Origin: a virus
DNA length: 64,000 bases
Virus record (IMG/VR): IMGVR_UViG_3300045988_144418
Span: 1 to 64,000 of that record
Direction: 5' to 3' (one strand)
Below, one piece after another: positions 44,351-53,680 of the stretch (its first letter is position 1; each line of letters opens with the position of its first letter). Under the pieces are notes generated by a model. That model was given only the letters and a program-made list of their open reading frames with translations, was not told the DNA's origin and did not search any database. A program made the translations under genes and the position numbers.

Positions 44351-46452
44351 TGATGATTGAGTTTAATGAGAATAACAGTCTTTCTTTTCGGCAGCTGGAT
44401 AGTATTATAGACACCACAACGAGAATAGTGCAGAATCTCCCTGTAAAAGCCATAAATCAGCTTATGGAGGGGTATAGGGGGGATCAGGATGCTATGTTGT
44501 CAGAGATGTTTCGTCAGACAGAGAATGTTCTGAAGTTGAACACTACATTGGAAACTGAACGTCTTTCCTATGTCGATCAGCTTATTGAGAGCATGGATGA
44601 GTCCTTGAAGATAATGTCATACAATTACTTCAAGACTACAATGCTTCCTAATTTTAGACAGGGGTGGAGAAATCTTGAGTGGGGTAATATGATTCAGCTG
44701 TACCCGAATAGTGCTTATCTTGCGGCTCGTTCTCATGGGAAGTGCTTTTTGGCTGGAACTCACATCTTGATGGCTGATTGGACAGTGAAGAATGTGGAGG
44801 ACATCTATCCTGGGATGGAGGTGATGGGTATGGACTTTACCCCAAGAAAGGTTTTCACACGGCATATTGGTCGGTCACAGATGTTTACGGTGCACCAGGA
44901 GAATGGCATTTCCTATACCGTGAATAGATTCCACATTCTCTGCCTATGGGATACAAAGAGGAAACACTATGTTGAGGTTCCGATGGGAAATTTTCTGAAA
45001 TATCCTCAAGAAAAACAGAATAGGTTTAGAGGGTACAGAGTGTTTTCGAGCGACAACCCTATACTGGAATATTCTCCTATAGCGGTTGAACCGTATGGTG
45101 ATGGATCCTACTATGGTTTTGCCTGTGACGGTGATCATAAGTTTCTTCTGGAGGACAATACTGTTGTTCATAATTCGTATGAATTTTGTATGGGGCTTCC
45201 TCTGTGGAGGATGTACTCCTATCGTAGACCAAATTTTATGAAGCCTGATATTCCGGACAATAGGAATAGAAAGGAAACTTGCATTATAACCAACACGGAG
45301 ACACTCGGTAAGGAGCATCTGGATAAGATTAAGGAGGAGATTCATACCAATGAAGCACTTTCAGCGGTGCTTAATCCGAACGGCAAGGCTTCGCTTGGAG
45401 CTACTGGCTTTGAGTGTGAGAATGGATCCAAACTGCATCTTAGAGGGAAGGACGGATTCATTCGAGGTCTTCACGTGGGTGCGGCTGTGTCTGATGACCT
45501 CCCTGATGATAGCTCCATCTATAGTCTGGAGCAGAGAGAGAAGTTGAGAGACCTGTTTAAGGGTGCTATCACCCCTATTGTAGAGCCGTATGGATATAAT
45601 ATCGTGGATGGCACACCGTATCAGGCACAGGATCTTTATTATGAGTTGAAGCAGGATCCGAAATTTATGGTGTTTGAGTATCCAGCCATATTTCCTGACG
45701 GCAGACTTTTGGCACCTGATCGTTTTACGTTTGACAAGTTGATGGAGGAAAAGAAGTCCGTGGGTACGCTTGTGTTTAGCCGTGAGTATCTTGTTGTTCC
45801 TATTTCTGACGATTCCACCATTTTTCCTATGGAGATATTAATGCGAAGCACGATAGGAATGGAGAATGTGCGACTTGTAGATAATATTGAATCGTTTCCA
45901 TTCAAGTTGTCCAGAGTGGTTGTAGGGTGTGATTTTGCCGTGTCAGGAAATGTGGGTGCTGACTACACTTGTTATACGGTATGGGGGAAGGATTTGAATG
46001 GTTCCTATTATCTTCTGTACATCTATCGGGAAAAAGGTTTGTCACATAATGAGCAGATAAACAAGATAGAGTACTTGAACACGGTGTTTAAGCCGAATGA
46101 GATTGTGGTGGAGAATAACGGTTTTCAGTCCATTCTTGCTGATATGTGTGTACAGAGAGGAATCAAAAATATATATCCGTTTACCACTACTTCAGGAAAC
46201 AAGAAGGACTTGCGAACAGGGTGGGCGTCGCTTGCAGCTCTATTTGAGAGAGGTGATATACGATGTCCGTATCATCCTGACACACGACAGAGGATAGACA
46301 CTATGTTTGGGGAGTTTACATCTATTGCGTTTCGTTCTGATAAAGGTACACTGGAATCCATTAGCGGTCACGATGACACAGTATCATCCTCGTTTATGGC
46401 AATAAATAGATTACGTGAATCAGCTGTTCAGATAAAGGTTGATGCAGTATAA
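44350..46452 (+). CDS. terL: terminase large subunit, interrupted by a mini-intein in the Walker A motif
   Basis: After removal of the intein, Walker A reads AARSHGK|SYEF. Walker B-like GAAVSDDLPDD. Nuclease-domain acidic motifs VVGCDFAVSG, IVVENNGFQ and GHDDTVSS. The start is GTG 44350 or ATG 44353. Confidence 0.75.
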   Translation: MMIEFNENNSLSFRQLDSIIDTTTRIVQNLPVKAINQLMEGYRGDQDAMLSEMFRQTENVLKLNTTLETERLSYVDQLIESMDESLKIMSYNYFKTTMLPNFRQGWRNLEWGNMIQLYPNSAYLAARSHGKCFLAGTHILMADWTVKNVEDIYPGMEVMGMDFTPRKVFTRHIGRSQMFTVHQENGISYTVNRFHILCLWDTKRKHYVEVPMGNFLKYPQEKQNRFRGYRVFSSDNPILEYSPIAVEPYGDGSYYGFACDGDHKFLLEDNTVVHNSYEFCMGLPLWRMYSYRRPNFMKPDIPDNRNRKETCIITNTETLGKEHLDKIKEEIHTNEALSAVLNPNGKASLGATGFECENGSKLHLRGKDGFIRGLHVGAAVSDDLPDDSSIYSLEQREKLRDLFKGAITPIVEPYGYNIVDGTPYQAQDLYYELKQDPKFMVFEYPAIFPDGRLLAPDRFTFDKLMEEKKSVGTLVFSREYLVVPISDDSTIFPMEILMRSTIGMENVRLVDNIESFPFKLSRVVVGCDFAVSGNVGADYTCYTVWGKDLNGSYYLLYIYREKGLSHNEQINKIEYLNTVFKPNEIVVENNGFQSILADMCVQRGIKNIYPFTTTSGNKKDLRTGWASLAALFERGDIRCPYHPDTRQRIDTMFGEFTSIAFRSDKGTLESISGHDDTVSSSFMAINRLRESAVQIKVDAV
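44743..45174 (+). mobile_element. class-1-type mini-intein (144 aa, no homing endonuclease domain) within terL
   Basis: It begins CFLAGTHILMADW (Cys1, Hint block A) right after GK of the P-loop. It ends LLEDNTVVHN, followed by Ser+1, which restores GKS. Confidence 0.75.
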
Positions 46453-46472
46453 TAAAATAGAAATGATTTTGT

Positions 46473-48011
46473 ATGCAGACAAAGAAATTTGATGCGGTCT
46501 TGAGTCCGACATTTGTTGAAGAAATGCTTCGGCTCGCATATTCCAACAAGACATTCGCAGGGCTTGTGGTTGAGAATGTTAATGTAAGCAATTTTCCTCG
46601 TGAGCTTGGTGCGTGTAAGGCAATGCTCAAGGTACTGGCTGATAACTATCGTAATGGAGTATTTGCCACCTTGGGAATGGTTGAGATGGCCTTTCCGAAG
46701 AGTGATGAAGTAGCCAAGAAGATTTCTGAAATTAAGAATATGCCTGTTCCTCCCTATGATGGGATGGTTAAGCAGTTGGAAACATTCATTCGTCGGCAGA
46801 CATTTGTGGCTGTGCAGCATGAAGTGAGTGATATGTATAATGAGGGTAAGCCTGACGAAGCGATGGACTTGTTGGGGCGCAGGATGTCTGAAATACTGTC
46901 CTTTTCTTTGAAGCAGGGTGCAAAGGGGAAATTTTCCAGAATATATAGGGACTTTGTGCGTAACATAGCGATTGCACAGCAGAAGCAGGATGATGAGGTT
47001 AAGCGTCCAAAGATTCCTCTTGGCATCACGTCTTTGGATGATTTAACTGACGGTGGTGTTCCTCGGCAGGATACTGTTCTTTGGATTATGCGTTCCGGAG
47101 TGGGAAAATCCACGGCCTTGAAATATCATGCTTGGTACAATACGTCAATATCACATAATCACTGTCTTCACATCCAGCTGGAGGGTGGTGAGCAGGAGGC
47201 AGTGGTGAAGTTTGATCAGATGCTTGCACAGACAACCTATGCAAAGGTTTTGCGAGGTGATATTACGTCTGACACTCAGAAGCGTGTGCAGTCACTTATC
47301 AGAAGGGCTGTTACGGTGAATTCTGATATAGACGTGTATGCTTCCGAGGAGATGATGGAAATGACGATAGCTGACATTGTCAAGGTGGTGGAGGATTATT
47401 ATCTGGAGTATGGCTATTATCCTGATCTGATAACAGTTGATTCCATTGATCTTTTGCTTACAGGGCAGAACAGCAAGATAGACTATGATCCTAACTTTAT
47501 TAAGTATAGACTACAGAAGTGTGCACAGCGGTTAAAGGATCTTGCCACGAAGTATGATTGTGTCGTGATGACAGCCACTCAGACCTGTGATGTTCCTATG
47601 GAACTATGGAACGATCCATCTCGTGTCATAACACGTCAGCACACAGAGGGTGATAGAACACTGGTCAAGCCGTTTTCCTTTGTGTTTACAGGTAATGTAA
47701 CCATTGAGGAGGGTGCTCAGAACGTTATGCGTATATTCTGTGATAAGTTTCGAAATTATCGAAATAACGGAATAATTGTGAAGATACCGACCAACTATGA
47801 GAACGGCTTCTTTTACGACCTAAAACGTTCCGTAAAGGAGGAACAGGTACTTGATATGAACGCTATGCTGAAGATGGATGGCGCTCCTACACGCAGAAGA
47901 CGCACAAGTGATGGCAGACAGACGGAGACAAAGACGGTTGAGGTGTCAAGCGGTGTGTTCGTGACTCAGAATGTTGAGAAGAAGAAAGTGCCGCAGAAAA
48001 GGGGTGTCTGA
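46473..48011 (+). CDS. DnaB-like replicative helicase
   Basis: Walker A IMRSGVGKST, Walker B LITVDSIDLL, and MTATQT. The protein is 512 aa and the primase gene follows. Confidence 0.6.
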   Translation: MQTKKFDAVLSPTFVEEMLRLAYSNKTFAGLVVENVNVSNFPRELGACKAMLKVLADNYRNGVFATLGMVEMAFPKSDEVAKKISEIKNMPVPPYDGMVKQLETFIRRQTFVAVQHEVSDMYNEGKPDEAMDLLGRRMSEILSFSLKQGAKGKFSRIYRDFVRNIAIAQQKQDDEVKRPKIPLGITSLDDLTDGGVPRQDTVLWIMRSGVGKSTALKYHAWYNTSISHNHCLHIQLEGGEQEAVVKFDQMLAQTTYAKVLRGDITSDTQKRVQSLIRRAVTVNSDIDVYASEEMMEMTIADIVKVVEDYYLEYGYYPDLITVDSIDLLLTGQNSKIDYDPNFIKYRLQKCAQRLKDLATKYDCVVMTATQTCDVPMELWNDPSRVITRQHTEGDRTLVKPFSFVFTGNVTIEEGAQNVMRIFCDKFRNYRNNGIIVKIPTNYENGFFYDLKRSVKEEQVLDMNAMLKMDGAPTRRRRTSDGRQTETKTVEVSSGVFVTQNVEKKKVPQKRGV

Positions 48012-49045
48012 TGAAGTACGATAAGGAGAATATTATTGACGAGCTTGGGCTTGTTCCGTTCGGTTCTCAGGGGTGGTTATCGAACAAGGAGATGGTCTGT
48101 CCGTTTTGTGGTAAGTCCGGAAAATGGGGTGTTATATTTAATGATACTGGAGGGGCGACATTTCATTGCTGGAAGTGTCCACGTAAGACTTCTTTGTATG
48201 AATTTCTTAAAAAGATAGGTAGAACGGATCTTGCAAGGGTTACATACACGGCCAAGCCTGATGAGGTGTGCCCAAGGATAGGTGAGGAGCAGACGGAGGA
48301 ATCACAGTGGATGACCTCCATGGAGTTGCAGCCTTTGGAGTTGCAGCCTGTTGCGCTTCCATTGCGACTGAAACCACTTGTGGGGGATGAGTATCTTGAA
48401 AGCAGGGGGTTCAATGACTATCACTATAGACTATTTGAACCATCCTACACAAATACACCACTGGAGCCGAAGTTGAAAAACTATATTGTGTTTAAGATGA
48501 AGATGAACGGTGTGTGTGTGGCTTGGTGGGCGAGAAGTCGTTATTCAAAGGAATGGCATAAGGAGAATCTGGAACTTTATAAGCAGCATAAGGCTGAGCT
48601 TGTGCTTCGGTATAGGAACTCAGAAAGCAATTTTCAGGACTTGCTTGGTGGTTATGATCAACTTGTTGAGGGTGTTACACAGACAGTGATTCTGGTGGAA
48701 GGCATTTTTGATATGATTAATATCACGAACATTCTTGGACTTGCTGATGTGAATGATGTTAAGTGCTGTTTTACATTCGGTAATAGCATAGGAAAGGGAC
48801 AGATAGAGTCATTGTTGAGGAAAAAAGTTAGGAATATAGTACTTTTGTATGATGATGGGACAATAGACGAAAGTCGTGAAGCGGCCTTGCGGATGAGGGA
48901 ACTGTTTGATACTGTGATGGTGGCGGCTATACGACGCAGAGGTGTTGATCCTGGAAACATAGACATAGACTATCTGATGGAGGTGTTGGAGTCAGCGTGT
49001 GATTCTCTAACATTCTCTTACAATAGGCTTGAAATGAAGATTTGA
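48011..49045 (+). CDS. DNA primase (zinc finger plus TOPRIM)
   Basis: Zinc finger CPFCGKSGKW...FHCWKCPRK. TOPRIM VILVEGIFDMINI and VLLYDDG. Confidence 0.65.
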   Translation: MKYDKENIIDELGLVPFGSQGWLSNKEMVCPFCGKSGKWGVIFNDTGGATFHCWKCPRKTSLYEFLKKIGRTDLARVTYTAKPDEVCPRIGEEQTEESQWMTSMELQPLELQPVALPLRLKPLVGDEYLESRGFNDYHYRLFEPSYTNTPLEPKLKNYIVFKMKMNGVCVAWWARSRYSKEWHKENLELYKQHKAELVLRYRNSESNFQDLLGGYDQLVEGVTQTVILVEGIFDMINITNILGLADVNDVKCCFTFGNSIGKGQIESLLRKKVRNIVLLYDDGTIDESREAALRMRELFDTVMVAAIRRRGVDPGNIDIDYLMEVLESACDSLTFSYNRLEMKI

Positions 49046-49048
49046 GGT

Positions 49049-49507
49049 ATGAGCAAGGAAATGATTAGGTCTCAGAAGGAATTTATTCACAAGTTGGAAA
49101 TGGAGTATCTTACACACAAGTTGAGATCACTTGTGTATCGTAAGATGAAGTACATAAAGCTCTCCAGAGATATGGCTGTGAAGAAGAAGGAAAAGATTCA
49201 GGCACTCGGCATGAAGTTTGGCATTTCTACAATGTTTGATACAGGTGTAGAGAAGTTCGTGAATGAGCATTTCTGGAATAAGTGTGGGCTTCCAAATTTT
49301 TCCTATAAGGATAGTGAGCAGAAGCGTGTGCAGGGTAATTATGACGCTTGGTATCTTCTCTATCGTGGGGTTGTGATAATGTATAATGGTGAGCCTTATA
49401 CTGTTGTAAGCAACAACCCTTCGACAAGGACAGTTCAGGTGCTTGATGGTTGTTTTGCAATGAGTTATGATGAGATATCTCTTGTGAACGATTATGACTG
49501 GGAATAA
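49049..49507 (+). CDS. hypothetical protein (152 aa)
   Basis: ORF in the replication module. No recognisable motifs. Confidence 0.5.
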   Translation: MSKEMIRSQKEFIHKLEMEYLTHKLRSLVYRKMKYIKLSRDMAVKKKEKIQALGMKFGISTMFDTGVEKFVNEHFWNKCGLPNFSYKDSEQKRVQGNYDAWYLLYRGVVIMYNGEPYTVVSNNPSTRTVQVLDGCFAMSYDEISLVNDYDWE

Positions 49508-49534
49508 CGTTTTACTAAAAAGACAAAATAAAAG

Positions 49535-49990
49535 ATGATTAAGGTAAGGATTTTTAATGAAAGTAAGTTTCTGGGGTCGGAGTATTTTCCAGAATATAAG
49601 AGTTTGGGTGCGTCAGGCGTGGATCTTAGGGCTGACATCGGTGAGGATATTGTGCTTCATCCAATGCAGCGAATGTTGATTTCAACAGGTCTGCGAATAG
49701 CTATTCCTCAGAATTATGAGGCACAGGTTCGCTCTCGTTCAGGGCTTACAGTGAAGAACGGTGTTATTGTTCTTTCTCCAGGTACCATAGATAGTGATTA
49801 TAGAGGGGTTATTGGTGTTCCTTTGGCCAATCTGGGTGATGAGGATTTTGTAATTCATAGAGGGGATTGTATTGCACAGCTTGTTTTTCAGAAAGTGGAA
49901 AGAGTTTGGTTTGAGGGTGTCAGCTCTATTGAAGCACTTGGTCTAACTGATCGCGGTGAAGGAGGCTTTGGTCATACAGGCGTGAAATAG
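49535..49990 (+). CDS. dut: dUTP diphosphatase (trimeric dUTPase)
   Basis: The five dUTPase motifs are present: GASGVDLRA, RSRSGL, GTIDSDYRGVIGV, GDCIAQLVF and RGEGGFGHTG. Confidence 0.9.
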   Translation: MIKVRIFNESKFLGSEYFPEYKSLGASGVDLRADIGEDIVLHPMQRMLISTGLRIAIPQNYEAQVRSRSGLTVKNGVIVLSPGTIDSDYRGVIGVPLANLGDEDFVIHRGDCIAQLVFQKVERVWFEGVSSIEALGLTDRGEGGFGHTGVK

Positions 49991-50008
49991 AAATTTTCAA
50001 GAATATTC

Positions 50009-50039
50009 TTTGGATATCTAAGATAAGTGACTATATTTG
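50009..50039 (+). promoter_or_regulatory. promoter (-33 TTTG, 19-nt spacer, -7 TATATTTG)
   Basis: TTCTTTGGATATCTAAGATAAGTGACTATATTTGCACTG belongs to the conserved promoter family. Confidence 0.55.
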
Positions 50040-50075
50040 CACTGTGAAATTTTAACAATTAAATCAAAAACGTTT

Positions 50076-50669
50076 ATGGAACAGAAAGAATTGTCCGTAA
50101 GGATGAAAATTCGTAAGTTTAAGAATGACGCTGCCAAGCTGTCAGAAATCATTGAGTCAGAGGCTTCCACCGAACTGGAAAAGAAAGTGGCTTCGGAGTA
50201 TCTTGCCAAGTTGCAGGAACTCCCGCAGTCTGAACAGCCAGAAGCACCGCAAGCTCCGGAGGAGACGACACTTTTTCCTGAGGAAGAGGAGAAGTCAGCC
50301 CCTAAGAAGGAAGAGTCTATCAGTTCCGAGCTTACTCCTGAGGAAGTCGCTCGTCTTGATGCAGCGGAGAAGAAGTTCGATGAGCGTCAGGCCAGTCGTA
50401 AGACACCATCAAAGGGTGACAAGAATATGCGTGAGGAGCGTAAGAAGAAAAGTTCAACGGCTAATCTGCATGAGGGCAAACGTGAGAATCTTGAAGAATC
50501 CACGGAGGTTCCTGGTCTGAAGGTTGGTTCTACTGTAAAGGTGGGTAATGAGGAAGGCTCTGTCATTCGTGTCTATCGTAGCACCGACGGCAAGGAGAAG
50601 TGTATGGTCAAGATCGGAGACGGCAAGCCTGTCAAGAAGCGTGTTACTTCCGTGGAACTTGTAAAATAG
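50076..50669 (+). CDS. hypothetical charged/disordered protein with C-terminal small beta (KOW/SH3-like) domain
   Basis: The first ATG after the promoter. The centre is rich in E, K and P. The C-terminus is KVGSTVKVGNEEGSVIRVYRSTDGKEKCMVKIGDGKPVKKRV. Confidence 0.5.
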   Translation: MEQKELSVRMKIRKFKNDAAKLSEIIESEASTELEKKVASEYLAKLQELPQSEQPEAPQAPEETTLFPEEEEKSAPKKEESISSELTPEEVARLDAAEKKFDERQASRKTPSKGDKNMREERKKKSSTANLHEGKRENLEESTEVPGLKVGSTVKVGNEEGSVIRVYRSTDGKEKCMVKIGDGKPVKKRVTSVELVK

Positions 50670-50678
50670 TCGGGATTT

Positions 50679-51413
50679 ATGGTTACGGATTCAGGAACCA
50701 TAATTCTTATCAAGGGGGTCAGTGGAAGCGGTAAATCCACAAGGGTTTATTGCTTCCTTGATTTCCTGGAAAGCATTGGAATGAAACTGAAGCCATATCA
50801 GTTTGTGAATATACTTGGACAGACACAGGAGATAGGCTTGTATTCAGAGGAGTTGAATATGCTTTTTCTGGGAAAGTTCTATGACGACAATGGTGTTCGT
50901 AGGTGGCAGGGGTTGGATGCTGTTACAGGGCGATTGCACACGGCTGAGGGTCTTTCCTATTTCCTGAAGTGGGCTGGTCAGCGGAAGTTGAATGTTGTGC
51001 TGGAGGGGGCTGGAACGTCCGTGACGTGGCGATTGCGTCCGATGGAGATATGTGCCGAGTATGAGTATCTAAATATTCTCTATTTGGTCTATACGTTCAA
51101 ACTGGAGCAGTATGATGACTATATCAGGAGAATAGAGTATCGCTCGGGCAAGGCTCCGAAAAGCGACGCTATGTGGCGGAAGCGCAAGGGGTTTGAATCA
51201 GACTATACTCAGACTGTTGCGGAAGCGAAGGACTTGAATGCAGCAGGAGCGGACATTGTCATCAAGTACAATCTTTTCGATGTTGAAGCATGGGATCTCG
51301 GTGTAAGCATTATGCAGTATTTCGGTCTTGACGAGTTGTGCGATGAGTTCAAGCTGTTTGTGGAGGGTGGTGGTTATATTGGGCAGAATTCCTATGAAAA
51401 CATTGGTAGATGA
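50679..51413 (+). CDS. P-loop kinase-like protein (candidate nucleotide or 5-hmdU DNA kinase)
   Basis: Walker A IKGVSGSGKST. The gene sits within the nucleotide-metabolism cluster. The substrate is unknown. Confidence 0.45.
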   Translation: MVTDSGTIILIKGVSGSGKSTRVYCFLDFLESIGMKLKPYQFVNILGQTQEIGLYSEELNMLFLGKFYDDNGVRRWQGLDAVTGRLHTAEGLSYFLKWAGQRKLNVVLEGAGTSVTWRLRPMEICAEYEYLNILYLVYTFKLEQYDDYIRRIEYRSGKAPKSDAMWRKRKGFESDYTQTVAEAKDLNAAGADIVIKYNLFDVEAWDLGVSIMQYFGLDELCDEFKLFVEGGGYIGQNSYENIGR

Positions 51414-52423
51414 GTAAAATAGTTCCAAATGACAATTTGACGTACCTCTTCTATTGGTGCTGTGAACGAATGAACATATTCTGGAAGCGGTATAATGGAG
51501 AGCAGTATCCATGGACTGATGATGAGATATTACAGCAGTATAAGTTCACAAATGTGTATCGGGTGCTGGATAGGTCAAGTCAGTATATGCTTCGTAACGT
51601 TATCTATAATGGTAAGCAGTATTCTCCGGAGGATATGTTTTTTCGTATTTTACTTTATAAGCATTTTAATCTTCCTGACACGTGGGGTGCCCTGATTAAG
51701 GAGTTTGGTGATATTACATACGACACCGGATGGGAGAACATTGCACGTTTTCTGGATGATAGAGGTAGACAGGACATCACCATCTATTCTAATGCCTTTA
51801 TGTTGACAGGGTGGTTTTATTCTCTTCCGGAGTATGCTAATATTCGTGGGACTTCAAAACATCGTGGATATTTTGAGGTGTTTAAGCGTCGAATTTTTGA
51901 TAATGGTAAGATTGATGCTTTTCTCAGTGCTGCAAGTTTTGAAGAGCTTTTTGGTATGTTTAAGGAGCTTGAACCATTTAGCGACTTCATGTCACAGCAG
52001 TATTGTCTTGACATGAATTATTCCCCTTTATACAACTTTACTGAGAATGACTTTGTGGTTGTCGGCCCTGGAAGTAAAAGGGGGATTCAATTTGCATTTA
52101 AGGGGGATCATAGAGATGACGGTGAAGTTGTTATCAGGTGGATGCAGGAGCACTTTGAGGAACTGATGACAAAGTTCTGTCAGGATTCAGGTATGATTTG
52201 GAATCCATTGCCGTGGGAGCCAGTGCCTACACTGACGAACATTCAAAATTGTTTTTGTGAGCTATCAAAGTATGCTAAATGTATGGGTGTGCAGTTTAAG
52301 AAGAATACTAAAGGTAGGATGAAAAATCTTTATACTACACCAAAATCAGAAATTTCTTATATGTTTCCACGGAAATGGAATGTTAAGATGCCGTTAAAAG
52401 GGCAGATAGAAACTTATAAATAA
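51410..52423 (+). CDS. candidate aGPT-Pplase-like DNA base hypermodification protein (alpha-glutamyl/putrescinyl thymine pyrophosphorylase family)
   Basis: PWTDDEILQQYKFTNVYRVLDR and PFSDFMSQQYCLDMNY..FVVVGPGSKRG resemble my recollection of that family. The assignment has not been verified by a search. Confidence 0.4.
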   Translation: MSKIVPNDNLTYLFYWCCERMNIFWKRYNGEQYPWTDDEILQQYKFTNVYRVLDRSSQYMLRNVIYNGKQYSPEDMFFRILLYKHFNLPDTWGALIKEFGDITYDTGWENIARFLDDRGRQDITIYSNAFMLTGWFYSLPEYANIRGTSKHRGYFEVFKRRIFDNGKIDAFLSAASFEELFGMFKELEPFSDFMSQQYCLDMNYSPLYNFTENDFVVVGPGSKRGIQFAFKGDHRDDGEVVIRWMQEHFEELMTKFCQDSGMIWNPLPWEPVPTLTNIQNCFCELSKYAKCMGVQFKKNTKGRMKNLYTTPKSEISYMFPRKWNVKMPLKGQIETYK

Positions 52424-52432
52424 AAAACGATT

Positions 52433-53560
52433 ATGGATTTTGTATTTGATAATCTTAGTCAGGCTTTTGTTGGGCTTTTAAGGGATCTTAAGGCTTTTGG
52501 TACTTGGACACAGAGGGGAACCAATTCAGCAGGAAATATGTGCTTGGAATTTCCAGAGCCAGTGCTTATAAAGATATATAATCCACTGAATAGATATGTT
52601 TTTGTTCCGGAGCGCAAGTGGAACAAGACGTTGGGGTGGATTGAATCACTCTGGATTGCCAGAGGTGACAACTCGCTTGAAATGCCGTCAGCCTATGTCA
52701 AGAACCTGTTGACGTTCTCCGATGACGGTGAGACAATGCGTGCAGGATACGGCCCGAGGATTCGTGCCTTTGGTGGTCATCTGTGGAAGAAAGGTGTTCG
52801 ATTTGAAGAGGGTTCACCGCTATACTGGATGAAGCAGCAGTATGATTCCAGATATGGGAATGGTACGGTTGCCGTTGTGGATCAGTTGAAATTTGTGATT
52901 GACAAATTTAAGCAGGATCCAACCACGAGGGAGGCTGTCATTACGATTCATGACCCTATGGCTGATGACTTCAGTGGCAAGGAGATTCTTAGAACGAAGG
53001 ACACCCCTTGCACACGCTCCATTCACTTTATGATCGTAGATGGCAAGATGAACTGTTACGTGGATATGAGATCTAATGATCTGTTCTGGGGCTTCAGTGC
53101 TGTCAATGTCTTCAATTTCACTTTGATGCAGGAGTATGTCGCCGCGATGGTGGGTGTGCCTGTGGGGGTATATTATCACAAAGTTGATAATTTGCACATG
53201 TACGAAGGATCTTTGCCTATGGCTAGGAATATTACTTCTATTTATGGAACAATGGCAGCAGTTGAAAAATGGTCTGACTTATATAGTTTTGATGAGGAAT
53301 TAGATTGGCACGGTTATAAACATACATTTACCACATTGGAGGTCTTTGACAATCTAATAGCGTTGCTATCTGAGTTTGAGCGTGGGATGCGTGGTGTCGA
53401 TGATTTGCCGTACAGCAAGGATGAAGCTCTGGAAACAATGAACATGATGTTTGGGGGTGAGCCGATGTTTATGGACTGGGCAAAGGTTATCTATCGTAAG
53501 TGGTCAAAGGACACGACCGTGACATTTGACAATCCGTATCTGACAAAGTTATTTGTCTGA
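52433..53560 (+). CDS. thymidylate synthase-fold enzyme (ThyA family; dUMP hydroxymethylase or thymidylate synthase) with a C-terminal extension of about 110 aa
   Basis: ESLWIARGDN; TPCTRSIHFMIVDGKMNCYVDMRSNDLFWGFSAVNVFNFTLM; DNLHMY. These align with the E. coli ThyA catalytic Cys146, R166, S167, D169, N177, H207 and Y209. Confidence 0.8.
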   Translation: MDFVFDNLSQAFVGLLRDLKAFGTWTQRGTNSAGNMCLEFPEPVLIKIYNPLNRYVFVPERKWNKTLGWIESLWIARGDNSLEMPSAYVKNLLTFSDDGETMRAGYGPRIRAFGGHLWKKGVRFEEGSPLYWMKQQYDSRYGNGTVAVVDQLKFVIDKFKQDPTTREAVITIHDPMADDFSGKEILRTKDTPCTRSIHFMIVDGKMNCYVDMRSNDLFWGFSAVNVFNFTLMQEYVAAMVGVPVGVYYHKVDNLHMYEGSLPMARNITSIYGTMAAVEKWSDLYSFDEELDWHGYKHTFTTLEVFDNLIALLSEFERGMRGVDDLPYSKDEALETMNMMFGGEPMFMDWAKVIYRKWSKDTTVTFDNPYLTKLFV

Positions 53561-53680
53561 AGTTACTTTGTAGAAACCATAAGAACAGCCGTGCAACCTC
53601 TGGTCGGGAAGCCTGTGATAGGTAAGGAGGAAGTTCGAGACTTCTCACGGCTGCAAGAACTAAATAAAAATGATTTCGTT

